Assembly (NCBI GenBank): GCA_963708295.1
Contig: CAVPSJ010000008.1
Location: 256,001-320,000 of the forward strand
Direction: 5' to 3'
DNA length: 64,000 nucleotides
Source: an uncultured delta proteobacterium
Lineage (GTDB): Bacteria; Desulfobacterota; BSN033; UBA1163
The stretch's first letter is position 1; each line of letters opens with the position of its first letter. The translations under genes and the position numbers were made by a program. Below the pieces are notes generated by a model that had not been told where the DNA came from, ran no database searches, and saw only the letters and a list, made by a program, of their open reading frames with translations. Positions 36,911 to 47,200 of the stretch are shown here, piece by piece.

Positions 36911-37864
36911 GTGACTATGAGCTGGAAGGAAGATCCGCGCTGGGCCTATGTCTTTGTGAATTTGTCCTGCCTGATGTGGGCCAGTAATTTTGTACTGGGG
37001 AGGACCCTTCGGGAGGAGATCGGGCCTCTGATGCTGACGGCCTCCCGTTTCGTGGTAGCCTCCTTATTCTATGCCGCAATCCTTGCCCGTCCCGGTATGA
37101 GGGAGCGACCGTCGCTCCGGCACTGGGTGTTGCTGGCAGCTATGTCATTGACGGGGGTACTGGGATTTCCTCTCCTTCTGTATCGCGGTCTTCAACTCAC
37201 GATGGCAACCGATGCTGTACTGATCAATGCTACGGGTCCGCTCATGACGGTAGCCCTGGCTGCGATCCTGCTAAAGGAGCGATTGTTCCCCCGTCATCTT
37301 TTGGGTGGAGTGATATCTTTAGTGGGCGTGGCGCTGATCGTCAGCGGAGGCTCATTTGAAAGGCTCCATCAATGGCGCGTAAATGTCGGTGATTTACACG
37401 TCCTTATCGCAGTTGTGCTCTGGGGACTTTACTCGGTGATCAGCCGCTGGGCGACGCGGTTCCACTCTGTTTTTTCGGTAACGGCCATCTCGACCTGGAT
37501 GGCACTTCCGCTTTTCCTTGGGGCGGCAGCCGTGGGTTGGCAGCCAGCATCCACCCGCTGGAGCTGGCACCTCTTGCTGGCAGTCGTCTACATCGGTATT
37601 TTCCCTTCCGGAGCTGCTTTCCTGTCATGGAACGAAGGGGTGCGCCGGGTTGGGCCGAACCGAGCGATGGTTTTCTACAATATGCTGCCGGTTTATGGAT
37701 CGATATTGGGAGTGATTCTGCTCGGAGAATCCCTCGCGACGCAGCATTTTATCGGCGGCGGGCTAATCGTGGGGGGAAGCCTCATCGCCATCTGGCCGGA
37801 TTTGAGAGGGGCATCAGGAAAGAGCCAAAGCAACGAGGAACGAGGGACTAAGGCGGACCCGTGA
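36911..37864 (+). CDS. DMT/EamA family transporter
   Basis: About 10 hydrophobic segments in two EamA repeats (LLKERL, LLGESL). Confidence 0.9.
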   Translation: MTMSWKEDPRWAYVFVNLSCLMWASNFVLGRTLREEIGPLMLTASRFVVASLFYAAILARPGMRERPSLRHWVLLAAMSLTGVLGFPLLLYRGLQLTMATDAVLINATGPLMTVALAAILLKERLFPRHLLGGVISLVGVALIVSGGSFERLHQWRVNVGDLHVLIAVVLWGLYSVISRWATRFHSVFSVTAISTWMALPLFLGAAAVGWQPASTRWSWHLLLAVVYIGIFPSGAAFLSWNEGVRRVGPNRAMVFYNMLPVYGSILGVILLGESLATQHFIGGGLIVGGSLIAIWPDLRGASGKSQSNEERGTKADP

Positions 37865-38175
37865 CTTGTTCGCATAAGCGCTAAAGATCCTTGGGGCAAT
37901 TCAAATATTAGTCCTCTTATGTTTTCTTATGATCGGTCCAGCGACCTTCCGATGGAGATTGATTTCTTTCTTAAATTCCGGCCGAATTGCAATTGCCCCT
38001 TCCAGGGATGGCAAGTAAGTTCTTTTCTTCTTTTTTGGCACCCTCATGATCTCCTGATATAACGTGGAAAAAGTATCTTGAACTGGGAATGAATTCGGAT
38101 ATAGAATAAGATCATTGTATTGTGTCAGTTTGAGTGTCATGGGGTGCTCCGTAAACCCAAAGAAAGGAGGCAGTT

Positions 38176-38757
38176 ATGGCCGCGAAGAAGATTTTGATGA
38201 TTGTTGGGGATTTTGTGGAGGATTATGAGGTGATGGTGCCTTTTCAGGCATTGTTGATGGTTGGGCACACGGTTCATGCGGTCTGTCCTGGGAAAAAGGC
38301 GGGTGATCGGGTTCGGACGGCGGTCCATGATTTTGAAGGGGATCAAACCTACAGCGAGAAGCCGGGGCACAACTTTACATTGAACGCAACGCTTGATGAG
38401 GTCAAGCCAGAAGCTTATGATGCCCTGGTGATCCCCGGGGGACGAGCGCCGGAGTATATTCGTCTGAACGATAAGGTGCTTGATGCAGTTCGCCACTTTG
38501 CCAAAACGAATAAGCCCATCGCCTCCATTTGCCATGGCGCACAAGTGTTGGCGGCAGCGGGGGTGATCGCGGGAAAAGCATGTTCAGCTTATCCGGCGGT
38601 GGGACCCGATGTGAAAACTGCGGGTGGCAAGTACGTTGATATAGCGGTAGATAAGGCTCACGTGGATGGCAACCTGGTTACCGCACCTGCCTGGCCGGCT
38701 CACCCTGAATGGCTGGCGAAGTTTTTGAAAGTGTTAGGAACGAAGATTGAGCCATAG
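38176..38757 (+). CDS. DJ-1/PfpI family protein
   Basis: [22 protein letters not shown] nucleophile elbow. Confidence 0.93.
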   Translation: MAAKKILMIVGDFVEDYEVMVPFQALLMVGHTVHAVCPGKKAGDRVRTAVHDFEGDQTYSEKPGHNFTLNATLDEVKPEAYDALVIPGGRAPEYIRLNDKVLDAVRHFAKTNKPIASICHGAQVLAAAGVIAGKACSAYPAVGPDVKTAGGKYVDIAVDKAHVDGNLVTAPAWPAHPEWLAKFLKVLGTKIEP

Positions 38758-38813
38758 AAAGAGTAAAAGGGGTCAAATCCAAAATGATACACTCGATGGA
38801 GAGGAGGTAACGT

Positions 38814-39140
38814 ATGATTAAAAGCAAAAAACTTGTCAGCCTTATTCTACTGTTGGCTTTAGCCATGAGTGTCGCGGGATGCTTCACCATTCGGGTAGGG
38901 GGTAAGGCCGAGTTAGCTCCCAGTACAGAAGAGGGCACGAAGATTGCTCATAAGAGATGCTGGTACGCCCTTTGGGGGTTGGTTCCGATAAGTGATAACT
39001 CCACCGATTCCCTCATTCCTGAAACCGTGAAGAAAGTGAGGGTGGAAACGAAATATACGGTCCCGGATTTCCTGATCAATATTTTCACAATTCTTCTAAC
39101 GATTGAGACGTTTTCCGTGGAGGTTTACGAGGTTAAGTAG
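38814..39140 (+). CDS. Small lipoprotein (Bor/Iss-like)
   Basis: Signal peptide with lipobox VAG-C; WYALWGLVP motif; RBS AGGAGG. Confidence 0.7.
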   Translation: MIKSKKLVSLILLLALAMSVAGCFTIRVGGKAELAPSTEEGTKIAHKRCWYALWGLVPISDNSTDSLIPETVKKVRVETKYTVPDFLINIFTILLTIETFSVEVYEVK

Positions 39141-39168
39141 AAAATTCTATTTGGATTTATTCCACCCA

Positions 39169-39633
39169 ATGGCTTTATTGTCGATTCGTGCGCCGGACGC
39201 GATGAAGGTCACCTTACGAGAAGACACTCACGCAGACCCTGATTTTTATTACCAACAGCAATTTGCAATCTATCACGAGCCCTATCTCATCTGGGACAGG
39301 GAGACCTGGGAAGCCGTCCTCACCGCATGCGACGTCTATCGCATCGAAATCGACGGAAGGTTCGGAGGAGATATTATCGTTGAAAACAGAGGAAAAGGCA
39401 TAAAGTATATCGTTGATTTTAGTGTCTTGCCTGCTTACCAGAGAAAAGGAACCGGGACGGCGGCCCTCGAACAAATCAAGGGGATGGCAGAAAAGTTGAC
39501 GGCGGTCACGCGGAAAGAGACCCTTCCATTCTTTCTGAAGTCCGGGTTTGTTTTGAGAAAGAGGGCAAGAAATTACTATGACCCTGGTGTGGATGGATTC
39601 TATATTGTTTTTGAAAGAAGACCCGAACAATAA
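39169..39633 (+). CDS. GNAT family N-acetyltransferase
   Basis: VLPAYQRKGTG acetyl-CoA motif, FFLKSGF, NYYD; start uncertain (39169 or 39202). Confidence 0.8.
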   Translation: MALLSIRAPDAMKVTLREDTHADPDFYYQQQFAIYHEPYLIWDRETWEAVLTACDVYRIEIDGRFGGDIIVENRGKGIKYIVDFSVLPAYQRKGTGTAALEQIKGMAEKLTAVTRKETLPFFLKSGFVLRKRARNYYDPGVDGFYIVFERRPEQ

Positions 39634-39683
39634 AGGTTTGTAGTGAACCGGATAGTCCGCAAAGGTCATGGGAGTAACAGAGC

Positions 39684-39965
39684 ATGCTCACCCTGAGGAA
39701 GAAGATTAGCGGGGTCTTGGAAGCGGACTGCCTTGATTTGCGAGAGATCTCCAAATTGTTCGGGATTAAGGAAAAAGAGGTTCTCGATCATCTTCAGCAT
39801 ATCGCCAGGTCCGCCCATCCTAAGAAGCTTACCGCGGAACCGGCGTCTTGCAAGCAATGCGGGTTTTCTTTTAAGAAACGGACTCGACTGAATACTCCGG
39901 GGCGCTGTCCTGTTTGCAAAAGTGAATCTATCTCCCCGCCTCGGTTTAGGATCAGCCATTCCTAA
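39684..39965 (+). CDS. HTH plus Zn-ribbon predicted transcriptional regulator
   Basis: EKEVLDHLQHIARS helix, then CKQCGF...P.RCPVCKSE.I.PP.F (COG3357-like pattern). Confidence 0.82.
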   Translation: MLTLRKKISGVLEADCLDLREISKLFGIKEKEVLDHLQHIARSAHPKKLTAEPASCKQCGFSFKKRTRLNTPGRCPVCKSESISPPRFRISHS

Positions 39966-40000
39966 AGAGGGAGATAAGGAGCAACGCATCCGCCGGATCT

Positions 40001-40636
40001 TCAGGACAACAGGATTCTGATCACCGTCATGATCATCCATTGGAAGAATCCGATTAGGGGATCCAGTAGACCCAGATAGAGGAGACCGATGATGATAAAG
40101 AACCCGTAAGGCTCCAGGCGGGTCAGGAAATACGGGGTTCTTTCCCATAAAATTCCCATCAGGATCTTCGAGCCGTCCAGGGGAGGGATGGGAATCAAAT
40201 TGAGCGCGGCCAGCGTGACGTTAACGTAAGCTACGTACGTGCACACCTTGTAGACAGGGATCACGGCCATTCCCGAGGAGGATGTCGAAAGCAGTCGGGC
40301 AAATAGCAGGGCGACGAAAGCGAAGAGGATGTTGGCGAGAATCCCTGCCGAAGAGACGAAGATAACTCCCTTCCGCATGTCCTTGAGGTTGTTGAAATCG
40401 ACCGGAACAGGTTTCGCCCATCCGAAACCCGCAAGAAAAAGCATGAGGGTTCCGATCGGGTCGAGGTGCCTGAGCGGATTGAGACTCAGGCGGCCCGCCC
40501 ACTTGGCGGTCGAGTCACCCATTCTGTAAGCGACCCAGCCGTGGGCCACCTCATGAATGATGACGGAAAAAAGAAGGGGGATGGCAACCAGAGCAAAAGC
40601 TAGTGGATCCCTGGTCAGAAGGTTCAGAAGTCCCAT
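40001..40636 (-). CDS. Site-2 protease (M50) family membrane metalloprotease
   Basis: HEVAH and NLIPIPPLDG motifs. Confidence 0.93.
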   Translation of the reverse strand: MGLLNLLTRDPLAFALVAIPLLFSVIIHEVAHGWVAYRMGDSTAKWAGRLSLNPLRHLDPIGTLMLFLAGFGWAKPVPVDFNNLKDMRKGVIFVSSAGILANILFAFVALLFARLLSTSSSGMAVIPVYKVCTYVAYVNVTLAALNLIPIPPLDGSKILMGILWERTPYFLTRLEPYGFFIIIGLLYLGLLDPLIGFFQWMIMTVIRILLS

Positions 40637-40888
40637 TTATGTTATCCCACCCTTTAAGGTTTGAGTTCCCGACTCTTTATTGAACATTGCCCCCGCCCAT
40701 CCAACCTTGGGGTCAACCGTTCGGGACAGATCCATTTTACAATATCTCCGGACATAAATAAAGACAAAGAGGGCAACCGGGGGAGGTTCCCGCCGCTAGG
40801 CAAGAAAATTACGTTTAAATTCCTTTCGAAGGGTCATATAATACTAACAAGAGAAATTTCGGCGGGAAGTTGTTTCATCGGAGGTCTG

Positions 40889-41845
40889 ATGGAAACGAAT
40901 ATTCATAGGGTAGCCTGTGTGGGAGCAGGTCTCATCGGCCAGGAATGGGCGACTCTGTTCTCCTCCAAAGGTTTTGAAGTGGTTCTCCAGGATCTATCTG
41001 AAACGGTACTGGAGAAATCGGTAAGAGGCATAAGGTCAAATCTCTTATTCCTTGAAACAAGCAACCTTCTGAAAAAAGGTGAAGCGGAAGCGGCGTTGAA
41101 GAGGATAAAGACGAGTCAGTTCATTGGCGAGGCAGTCGGTCATGCCGATTATGTTCAGGAATCTGTTCCTGATGATTATGATCTGAAGAAGCAAGTCTTC
41201 AGTGAAATGGACGCAGCGGCTCCTGAATATGCTATCCTGGCCAGTAGCTCTTCGGGACTGTTGATGACAGAGATTCAAAAAGTGACGGCGAGACCTCGGC
41301 GCTGCGTGTTAGTCCACCCTGTTCTTCCCGTTTACCTTATCCCTCTTGTTGAGATCGTCGGAGGAGGACAAACATCTGGCGAAACATTGATGGCTGCCCA
41401 CGACTTCATGAAAACCCTTGGGAAAGTTCCCGTTTTACTGAAACGGGAAGTTTCCGGCTACATTGTGAACCGGCTGCAAGCCGCGCTATTGCGTGAAGCC
41501 ATTGACCTTGTTGACAAGGGTGTCGCGAGTGCTGAAGACGTGGATAAAGCCTTTTGTACGGGGATAGGCCTCCGGGATCCTCTGATCGGTCCATTTTTAC
41601 GGATACATCTGGCCGGAGGGGGTGTTGAACGATTCATCGAGAATTTTTCTCAATCCTACCGCCATCGGTGGGAAACGATGGAAACCTGGACCTCTATTCC
41701 TCCCTCCGCGGCGGAGAAAATTGTAAGGAGTGTCAGGGAGATGGGAGTTGTTCGCAAAAAAACCTTGGAGGAGATCAACAACTGGAGAGACGAAATGCTG
41801 GTCAAACTGCTGAACTTGATCCGTGAAGGCGAGCAGCCGAATTGA
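40889..41845 (+). CDS. 3-hydroxyacyl-CoA dehydrogenase family (carnitine dehydrogenase/L-gulonate dehydrogenase-like)
   Basis: GAGLIG Rossmann motif, VQESVPD, LASSSSG, HP, GYIVNRLQ; RBS GGAGG before ATG 40889. Confidence 0.88.
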   Translation: METNIHRVACVGAGLIGQEWATLFSSKGFEVVLQDLSETVLEKSVRGIRSNLLFLETSNLLKKGEAEAALKRIKTSQFIGEAVGHADYVQESVPDDYDLKKQVFSEMDAAAPEYAILASSSSGLLMTEIQKVTARPRRCVLVHPVLPVYLIPLVEIVGGGQTSGETLMAAHDFMKTLGKVPVLLKREVSGYIVNRLQAALLREAIDLVDKGVASAEDVDKAFCTGIGLRDPLIGPFLRIHLAGGGVERFIENFSQSYRHRWETMETWTSIPPSAAEKIVRSVREMGVVRKKTLEEINNWRDEMLVKLLNLIREGEQPN

Positions 41846-41953
41846 CCAATGCGTAAAGCATCATCATGGAAAGTGGGATGGGATTACCGGTAAGGAAGCG
41901 ATCAGGAGAGAAATGTTTCGAAAATTCATAGAGAGGGTTTCAAGGAGGGGTCT

Positions 41954-42577
41954 ATGACTGAGCCGCTGGTTCTTGAGGTGTTTTCCGATTATGTTTGACC
42001 CTGGTGCTATTTCAGTACCGTGCGTATTGATCAATTGAAGAAGAATTATGACATCCATATTCGTTGGGTGGCTTTTCCACTTCATCCCGAGATTCCAGAA
42101 GACGGAATGACTCTAGAAGAACTTTTCGTTGGTAAAGCCATAGAGATCAAGAAGGCCATGGCCCGGCTGAAGCGAGTGGCGGACGAGTTGGGTTTGCCTC
42201 TGGGTGAGCGGATAAAGACTTACAACAGTCGTTTGGCTCAGGAATTGGCAAAGTGGGCAGAATCGGAGGGGAAGGGTGATTCCTTTCATGAAGCTGTGTT
42301 TCGAGCCTACTTTGTCGAAGGGAAAAACATCGGCAGGGTGGATGAACTGGTGATTCTTGCGAAATCGGTTGGTCTTCCGGAAAGGAAAGCAAGGTCGGTC
42401 CTTGAATTGAGGACTTTCCGGGAAGCAGTGGATTCCGACTGGGAGCGGTCTCATGCCCTGGGAATCACAGGGGTACCGACTTTTATGGCCGATCACAAAG
42501 CTACTGTGGGATTCCAATCCTATGAGGAACTCGAACGATTCCTAAAAAGCTTTGGCATCAGGAAACGTAATCCATAA
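41954..42577 (+). CDS. DsbA/FrnE-like oxidoreductase, selenoprotein (UxxC)
   Basis: RBS AGGAGG, ATG 41954, reads MTEPLVLEVFSDYV-TGA(41996-41998)-PWCY in frame with ORF 42020-42577 (FPLHP, GITGVPTF). Confidence 0.88.
42012..42030 (+). promoter_or_regulatory. Candidate bacterial SECIS hairpin
   Basis: TCAGTAC-CGTGC-GTATTGA: 7-bp stem with one G:U; the loop begins 20 nt after the TGA and has G in position 2. Confidence 0.6.
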
Positions 42578-42921
42578 GCTCATTGGGACGGCGACCTGTA
42601 TGGCGGAACAGGCTCATTAAACGGAGTTGATATTCCAGCCCCGCTAAACCTTTTCACCGCTCCTCATCAATAATTCTTATCTGGCTCTGCATTTGGACTC
42701 ATACCTGAGGATTCCGGTCAATACCCTCCCCTGAAACAATTCCTCTGGAGGCGGGTAGAAGGCGGGAAATTTTTTTCCATATTTTTCCATACCCCGTTCG
42801 GGATTTTGGTAAAAAGTATTTCCTATTTTGAAAGGGCTGTCGACTGCAACCGTAGGTTTGAAAGCCGGTAATTTACTATAAGTGTAGAGAGCTTAGGAAT
42901 TCCTCAGACGAAAAGGGGGAG

Positions 42922-42937
42922 TGGCATTAAATTTGCT
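42922..42937 (+). promoter_or_regulatory. Sigma54 promoter
   Basis: TGGCATTAAATTTGCT (GG-N10-GC). Confidence 0.78.
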
Positions 42938-43049
42938 CTGTATCTAATCCGTACCGGCGCCTTCCCTTACCATCAGCGATACCCGTCAGGCAGTGCCTGG
43001 CGGACTCGAAACTGGGGCGCTTTTTAAATTGCAAGGTGCGGATTACAGC

Positions 43050-43232
43050 ATGGTAGCCTATCAACTCTATTGGCGGGATGAAAAAGAAAAGGCCCATTTC
43101 ATTGGGATGCTCTCCGAGAAAAGGAAAACACCGGGCAGAATTACACCAGAGTCTGTCCTGAATTGGGGGCGGAAGGCTATCGGCGACCGTTCAAATCTCA
43201 TTGATATCTATTTCGTTCAGGTAAAACTTTAG
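43050..43232 (+). CDS. Small hypothetical protein (60 aa)
   Basis: ATG downstream of the sigma54 promoter; protein-like sequence MVAYQLYWRD...SVLNWGRK...IYFVQVKL. Confidence 0.65.
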   Translation: MVAYQLYWRDEKEKAHFIGMLSEKRKTPGRITPESVLNWGRKAIGDRSNLIDIYFVQVKL

Positions 43233-43463
43233 CGATTAGAATGCAAATCCATGTCCCATATCGTCGGTGAGGGGGCAGGCCGGGTTTTTCTGATTTCATC
43301 GACGCCTTATCCGCCACCTCTCAGGGTGGAAATGTTATCTCTTGGGGGAATGAGAATGGGTTAAAGGAGGTGAAGCCCTTTTTTCTAACCTCATGATGCT
43401 TGGTCCGGGTTTGCCTATTTTTCAGTTGAACAAAATAGTTTTTTATTCTAATATCTATCCCAT

Positions 43464-44561
43464 ATGGGGAACCTTGCAGGGAAAGTCTTAGTCGTTGATG
43501 ATAACGCAGAATTTATTGATTTTATTAGAAGATTTCTGGAAAGCAAAGGCTTCCAGGTCTCAATCGCCTTAAGCGGGAAGATGGCGATTGAAAAGACATT
43601 ATCGGATATTCCCGAACTGGTTCTTCTTGATTTGAAATTGCCGGATATGCCTGGAGAAGAGGTATTAAGAAGCATTAGAGAAACTGACAAGAACATTGCC
43701 GTTGTCGTTATCACTGGCTTTGGGGGAGAACAGGTGGCGGTCGACATGATGAGAAAAGGTGCTACCGATTTCCTGTCAAAGCCGATCGACCATCAGGTCC
43801 TTCTGTCGTCCATAAAGAATGCCTTAGAAATTCGTAGCGCTCAGATCGAAGATGGACGGTTCGACCGATACCCCTCCCTTGAAAAATTTTTCCCGTTTCT
43901 AGCACACGAAATTCGAAACCCACTCCACGCCATTTCTGGAGCGCTTGCGATCATTCAAAGGCGATCCGATCTGAAAGATGAACTTCTCAATCAATCTGTA
44001 AAGATTATAAGCGAAGAAGTGAATCATTTAAATGAGTTCGTACAAGAGTGCCTGAATTTCGTACGGCCTCCGAATATGGTCCGTATTACAGAAGTTGAGA
44101 TCAACGAGGTAATTTCTGTTGTGATGAATATCATCTCCCATATGTTCGAGTCGGAATCGAGAAAAATCAAAATCATTACGGATTTGAATCCTAATCTTCC
44201 AAAGATTTATGTCAATTATGAGGAGATCAAGCAGGCTTTTTTGAACATTGTAAAAAACGCTTTTGAGGCCATGCCCGAGGGCGGACAATTTACCATCAGA
44301 ACCCGTCACAAATTGGAATCACCGAAATGGTTAGAAGTTGCTTTTATGGACAACGGGATGGGTATTAAAAAGGAAAATTTGAGCAAACTTTCTAACCCAT
44401 TTTTTACGACTAAACTCAGGGGAACTGGATTGGGCTTGGCCATCTGCCACAGAATTATCAATGAACGGCATGGCGGAAAAATCTATATTGAGAGTGAAGA
44501 AAATAGAGGAACGACGATTAAAGTGGAGTTACCCATCGGCCGCCCGGTTGGGGAAAATTGA
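43464..44561 (+). CDS. Cytoplasmic hybrid kinase REC-HisKA-HATPase
   Basis: VVDDN...LLDLKLPD receiver; LAHEIRNPL H-box; NAFEAM, DNGMG, FFTTK and GTGLGL boxes. Confidence 0.93.
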   Translation: MGNLAGKVLVVDDNAEFIDFIRRFLESKGFQVSIALSGKMAIEKTLSDIPELVLLDLKLPDMPGEEVLRSIRETDKNIAVVVITGFGGEQVAVDMMRKGATDFLSKPIDHQVLLSSIKNALEIRSAQIEDGRFDRYPSLEKFFPFLAHEIRNPLHAISGALAIIQRRSDLKDELLNQSVKIISEEVNHLNEFVQECLNFVRPPNMVRITEVEINEVISVVMNIISHMFESESRKIKIITDLNPNLPKIYVNYEEIKQAFLNIVKNAFEAMPEGGQFTIRTRHKLESPKWLEVAFMDNGMGIKKENLSKLSNPFFTTKLRGTGLGLAICHRIINERHGGKIYIESEENRGTTIKVELPIGRPVGEN

Positions 44562-44572
44562 GGAGTGGAGGA

Positions 44573-45976
44573 ATGGTGTCTCATCCATCTATTCTAGTGG
44601 TCGATGACGAACCCAATTCCCTTTTCGGAATTTGTCAGGTTTTAACCGATGAAGGTTTCCAAACCGTTTCAGCCAGAACCGGGAGGGAAGCGTTAGAAAA
44701 ACTGAAGACCGATCCAGTCAATCTGATCATCACGGATGAAAAAATGCCTGATCTGAGTGGGACGGAGCTCCTTTTGGAAGTCAAGAAAAACCATCCTACC
44801 ATTCCGGTGATTCTGATCTCGGCTTATGGTTCCGTTTTGATGGCAGTGGAGGCCTTAAAGAAGGGTGCATTCTATTTCTTTGAAAAACCCATCTTTGACA
44901 AACTGGAGAGGTTTTTTATCATCATCCGGCAGGCGCTCAAAACGCAGGAGATGGAAAAAGAGATTGACTCGCTTCGGAAAGAGGTCACCGAAAAATATTC
45001 TTTTCCCAATATCGTAGGCCATCACCCGAGAATGCGGGAGATTTTTGAGATTATTAGCCGGGTGGCTGAAACGGACGCAACCATTCTGGTCCAGGGGGAG
45101 AGCGGGACGGGAAAAGACCTCATCGCCAAGACGATCCACTACAATAGTCTGAGGAAGGAAAAACCCTTGGTCACAGTCAATTGCGGAGCATTGACGGAAA
45201 GCCTTCTCACGAGTGAACTCTTTGGCCATCGGAGGGGAGCTTTTACAGGTGCCGTCAAAGATACCATAGGTCGTTTTCAGGCAGCGGATGGCGGGACACT
45301 GGTATTAGACGAAATTGGCGAGATACCGGTCAATCTTCAAAAAACGCTTTTGCGGGTGATTGAGGAGAAGGAGTTCGAAAAGGTTGGGGACAGTCAATCG
45401 ACAAAAGTCGATGTTCGAATTATTTCCACCACCAATCGGAATCTTCAGGAAGAGGTGTCCAAAGGGAATTTCCGAGAGGATCTTTTTTATAGATTGAATA
45501 TTGTTCCGATTACGATTCCCCCTCTCAGAGAGCGACCCTCGGATATTCCCTCGCTGGCCGACCATTTTCTCAAGAAATTCCAGAAGGGGAAAGTACCCAT
45601 CCGGATTGAACCGGAAGTGATGGAGCAGCTGAAAACATTTTCCTGGTCCGGAAACGTCAGAGAGCTAGCAAATATTATTCAGCAGATGATGGTGTTCTGT
45701 AGGAGAAATACGATCAATATCAATGATCTTCCCCCTCATCTTTTTCTGAAGGAGGGATTGGAAGAAAGGAAAAGCAGGGGAAAGATCCAGTTGGTGAAAA
45801 TGGTTTCCGAACTTGAAAGAAAGTGGATTGTCACCAAACTGAAGGAATGCGACTGGAACCAAGAGAAAACGGCGCGACTCTTAGGAATCACTCGAAAAAT
45901 GCTTGCGAATCGAATCAACAAGTACAATATCAAACCACAAAAAAGTAGATGGCCTAACCTTAAGACCTGGCAATAA
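44573..45976 (+). CDS. NtrC-family sigma54 response regulator
   Basis: REC (VVDDE, ITDEKMP), GESGTGKD, GAFTGA, LDEIGE, Fis-type HTH. Confidence 0.95.
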   Translation: MVSHPSILVVDDEPNSLFGICQVLTDEGFQTVSARTGREALEKLKTDPVNLIITDEKMPDLSGTELLLEVKKNHPTIPVILISAYGSVLMAVEALKKGAFYFFEKPIFDKLERFFIIIRQALKTQEMEKEIDSLRKEVTEKYSFPNIVGHHPRMREIFEIISRVAETDATILVQGESGTGKDLIAKTIHYNSLRKEKPLVTVNCGALTESLLTSELFGHRRGAFTGAVKDTIGRFQAADGGTLVLDEIGEIPVNLQKTLLRVIEEKEFEKVGDSQSTKVDVRIISTTNRNLQEEVSKGNFREDLFYRLNIVPITIPPLRERPSDIPSLADHFLKKFQKGKVPIRIEPEVMEQLKTFSWSGNVRELANIIQQMMVFCRRNTININDLPPHLFLKEGLEERKSRGKIQLVKMVSELERKWIVTKLKECDWNQEKTARLLGITRKMLANRINKYNIKPQKSRWPNLKTWQ

Positions 45977-45997
45977 ATTGGCTGCAGGGACAACACC

Positions 45998-46873
45998 ATG
46001 AACCGCAATTGGATTCTCCTGCTCGACCCGTTCAAGAACCTTCTGAATGCCTATCGCATGATTTTGGAAGAGGAAGAATATTTTGTCGAAACCGCAGTCA
46101 ATTTGAAGGAGGCATATCAGCTTTTCGGAAAAAGACAATATTCTGTGATAATTACAGAATATTGTCCTCCTTTCGAGGAGATGGATGAAATGATTCAATG
46201 GGCAAAAAGGAATGCCCCTGAAACCTATCTCATCATCGTAACCAATGCTTCCGTTGATGAAAAAATATATGATAGGCTTTTTGCTATTGGGGTTGATGAC
46301 TTTATTCCAAAACCCTATTCCCCGGAGAGGGTTCTCGTCCATATTAGAAAGGGCCTGAAGCAAAGAGATTTAATCCTTAGACTCCAAGAATTAGAGAGGA
46401 TTAGTCTTCTTAAGCCATTTGCTCGAGGTATTCACGAAGTGATTTTCGACACGGTCTTTTTCAAGAGATGTCTTCGTCAAGAATTCAAGAGGGCGAAGCG
46501 TCATCACCATCCGTTTTCTCTATTATTGATGCAAGTGCCGGGGGAAGAAAAAATAGGCAATCGCTTCGAAAGTTTTTACATGGATCTTGTGAGGATTGTG
46601 AGAAAGCATACGAGAGAAGAAGACATGATTGGCAAGAACAATGGTGAAATAGGTATCATCCTTCCCGAGACAGACAAGACCGGAACAGAGGCTCTCGTGC
46701 AAAGGCTTTTGAACTTGATTCATTCTGACCCTCAACTCAAATCTGAAAAAGACCTAGGATCTTTCGTTCAAGCCCTGTCTTTCCAATCCTTTACATTCCC
46801 GGGCCAGTTTTCCATTCCAGAACCCTTGAAGGCCGTTTTGGAAGATAAGAATAAGGAATTCTTGCCCCAATAG
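45998..46873 (+). CDS. Atypical receiver plus degenerate GGDEF domain protein
   Basis: REC fold with IITEY at the phospho-Asp position, DDFIPKP; C-terminal EFKRAKRHHHPFSLLL...REEDMIGKNNGEIGIILPET. Confidence 0.8.
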   Translation: MNRNWILLLDPFKNLLNAYRMILEEEEYFVETAVNLKEAYQLFGKRQYSVIITEYCPPFEEMDEMIQWAKRNAPETYLIIVTNASVDEKIYDRLFAIGVDDFIPKPYSPERVLVHIRKGLKQRDLILRLQELERISLLKPFARGIHEVIFDTVFFKRCLRQEFKRAKRHHHPFSLLLMQVPGEEKIGNRFESFYMDLVRIVRKHTREEDMIGKNNGEIGIILPETDKTGTEALVQRLLNLIHSDPQLKSEKDLGSFVQALSFQSFTFPGQFSIPEPLKAVLEDKNKEFLPQ

Positions 46874-47038
46874 TCCATTCCTTAATTCACCCCTTTTTAG
46901 TGCAACGATAAAACTATCCGAATTTATTAAATAAAGTTTATCATTGTGTGCCTTTTGGCTCAGTGATTGTGCCAAAGGGTCATTTTAGGGTGAAAGACTG
47001 ATCCGGCGCAAAACCATTTTTTTGGAAAAACCTTTTAT

Positions 47039-47093
47039 AATCAACGTGTTATGTAAAATTCAGAACAGCATCCTGATTGGTACGCAAATTGCT
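47039..47093 (+). promoter_or_regulatory. IHF site and sigma54 promoter
   Basis: AATCAACGTGTTA (WATCAA-N4-TTR) at 47039-47051; TGGTACGCAAATTGCT at 47078-47093. Confidence 0.78.
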
Positions 47094-47200
47094 CTATATA
47101 AAACCGTTTTACAAGGCAGGGAATCCGAGAAAAAAAGCATATCCCACGAAACAAATGATATGCCGAGTTTATTCTTAACGAACTTCTTAAGGTCCTGACT

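Noticed and set aside
41996-41998. Genome-wide TGA reassignment
   Set aside because: TGA serves as a normal stop in sucC, sucD, zapA and others; only this site fits selenocysteine.
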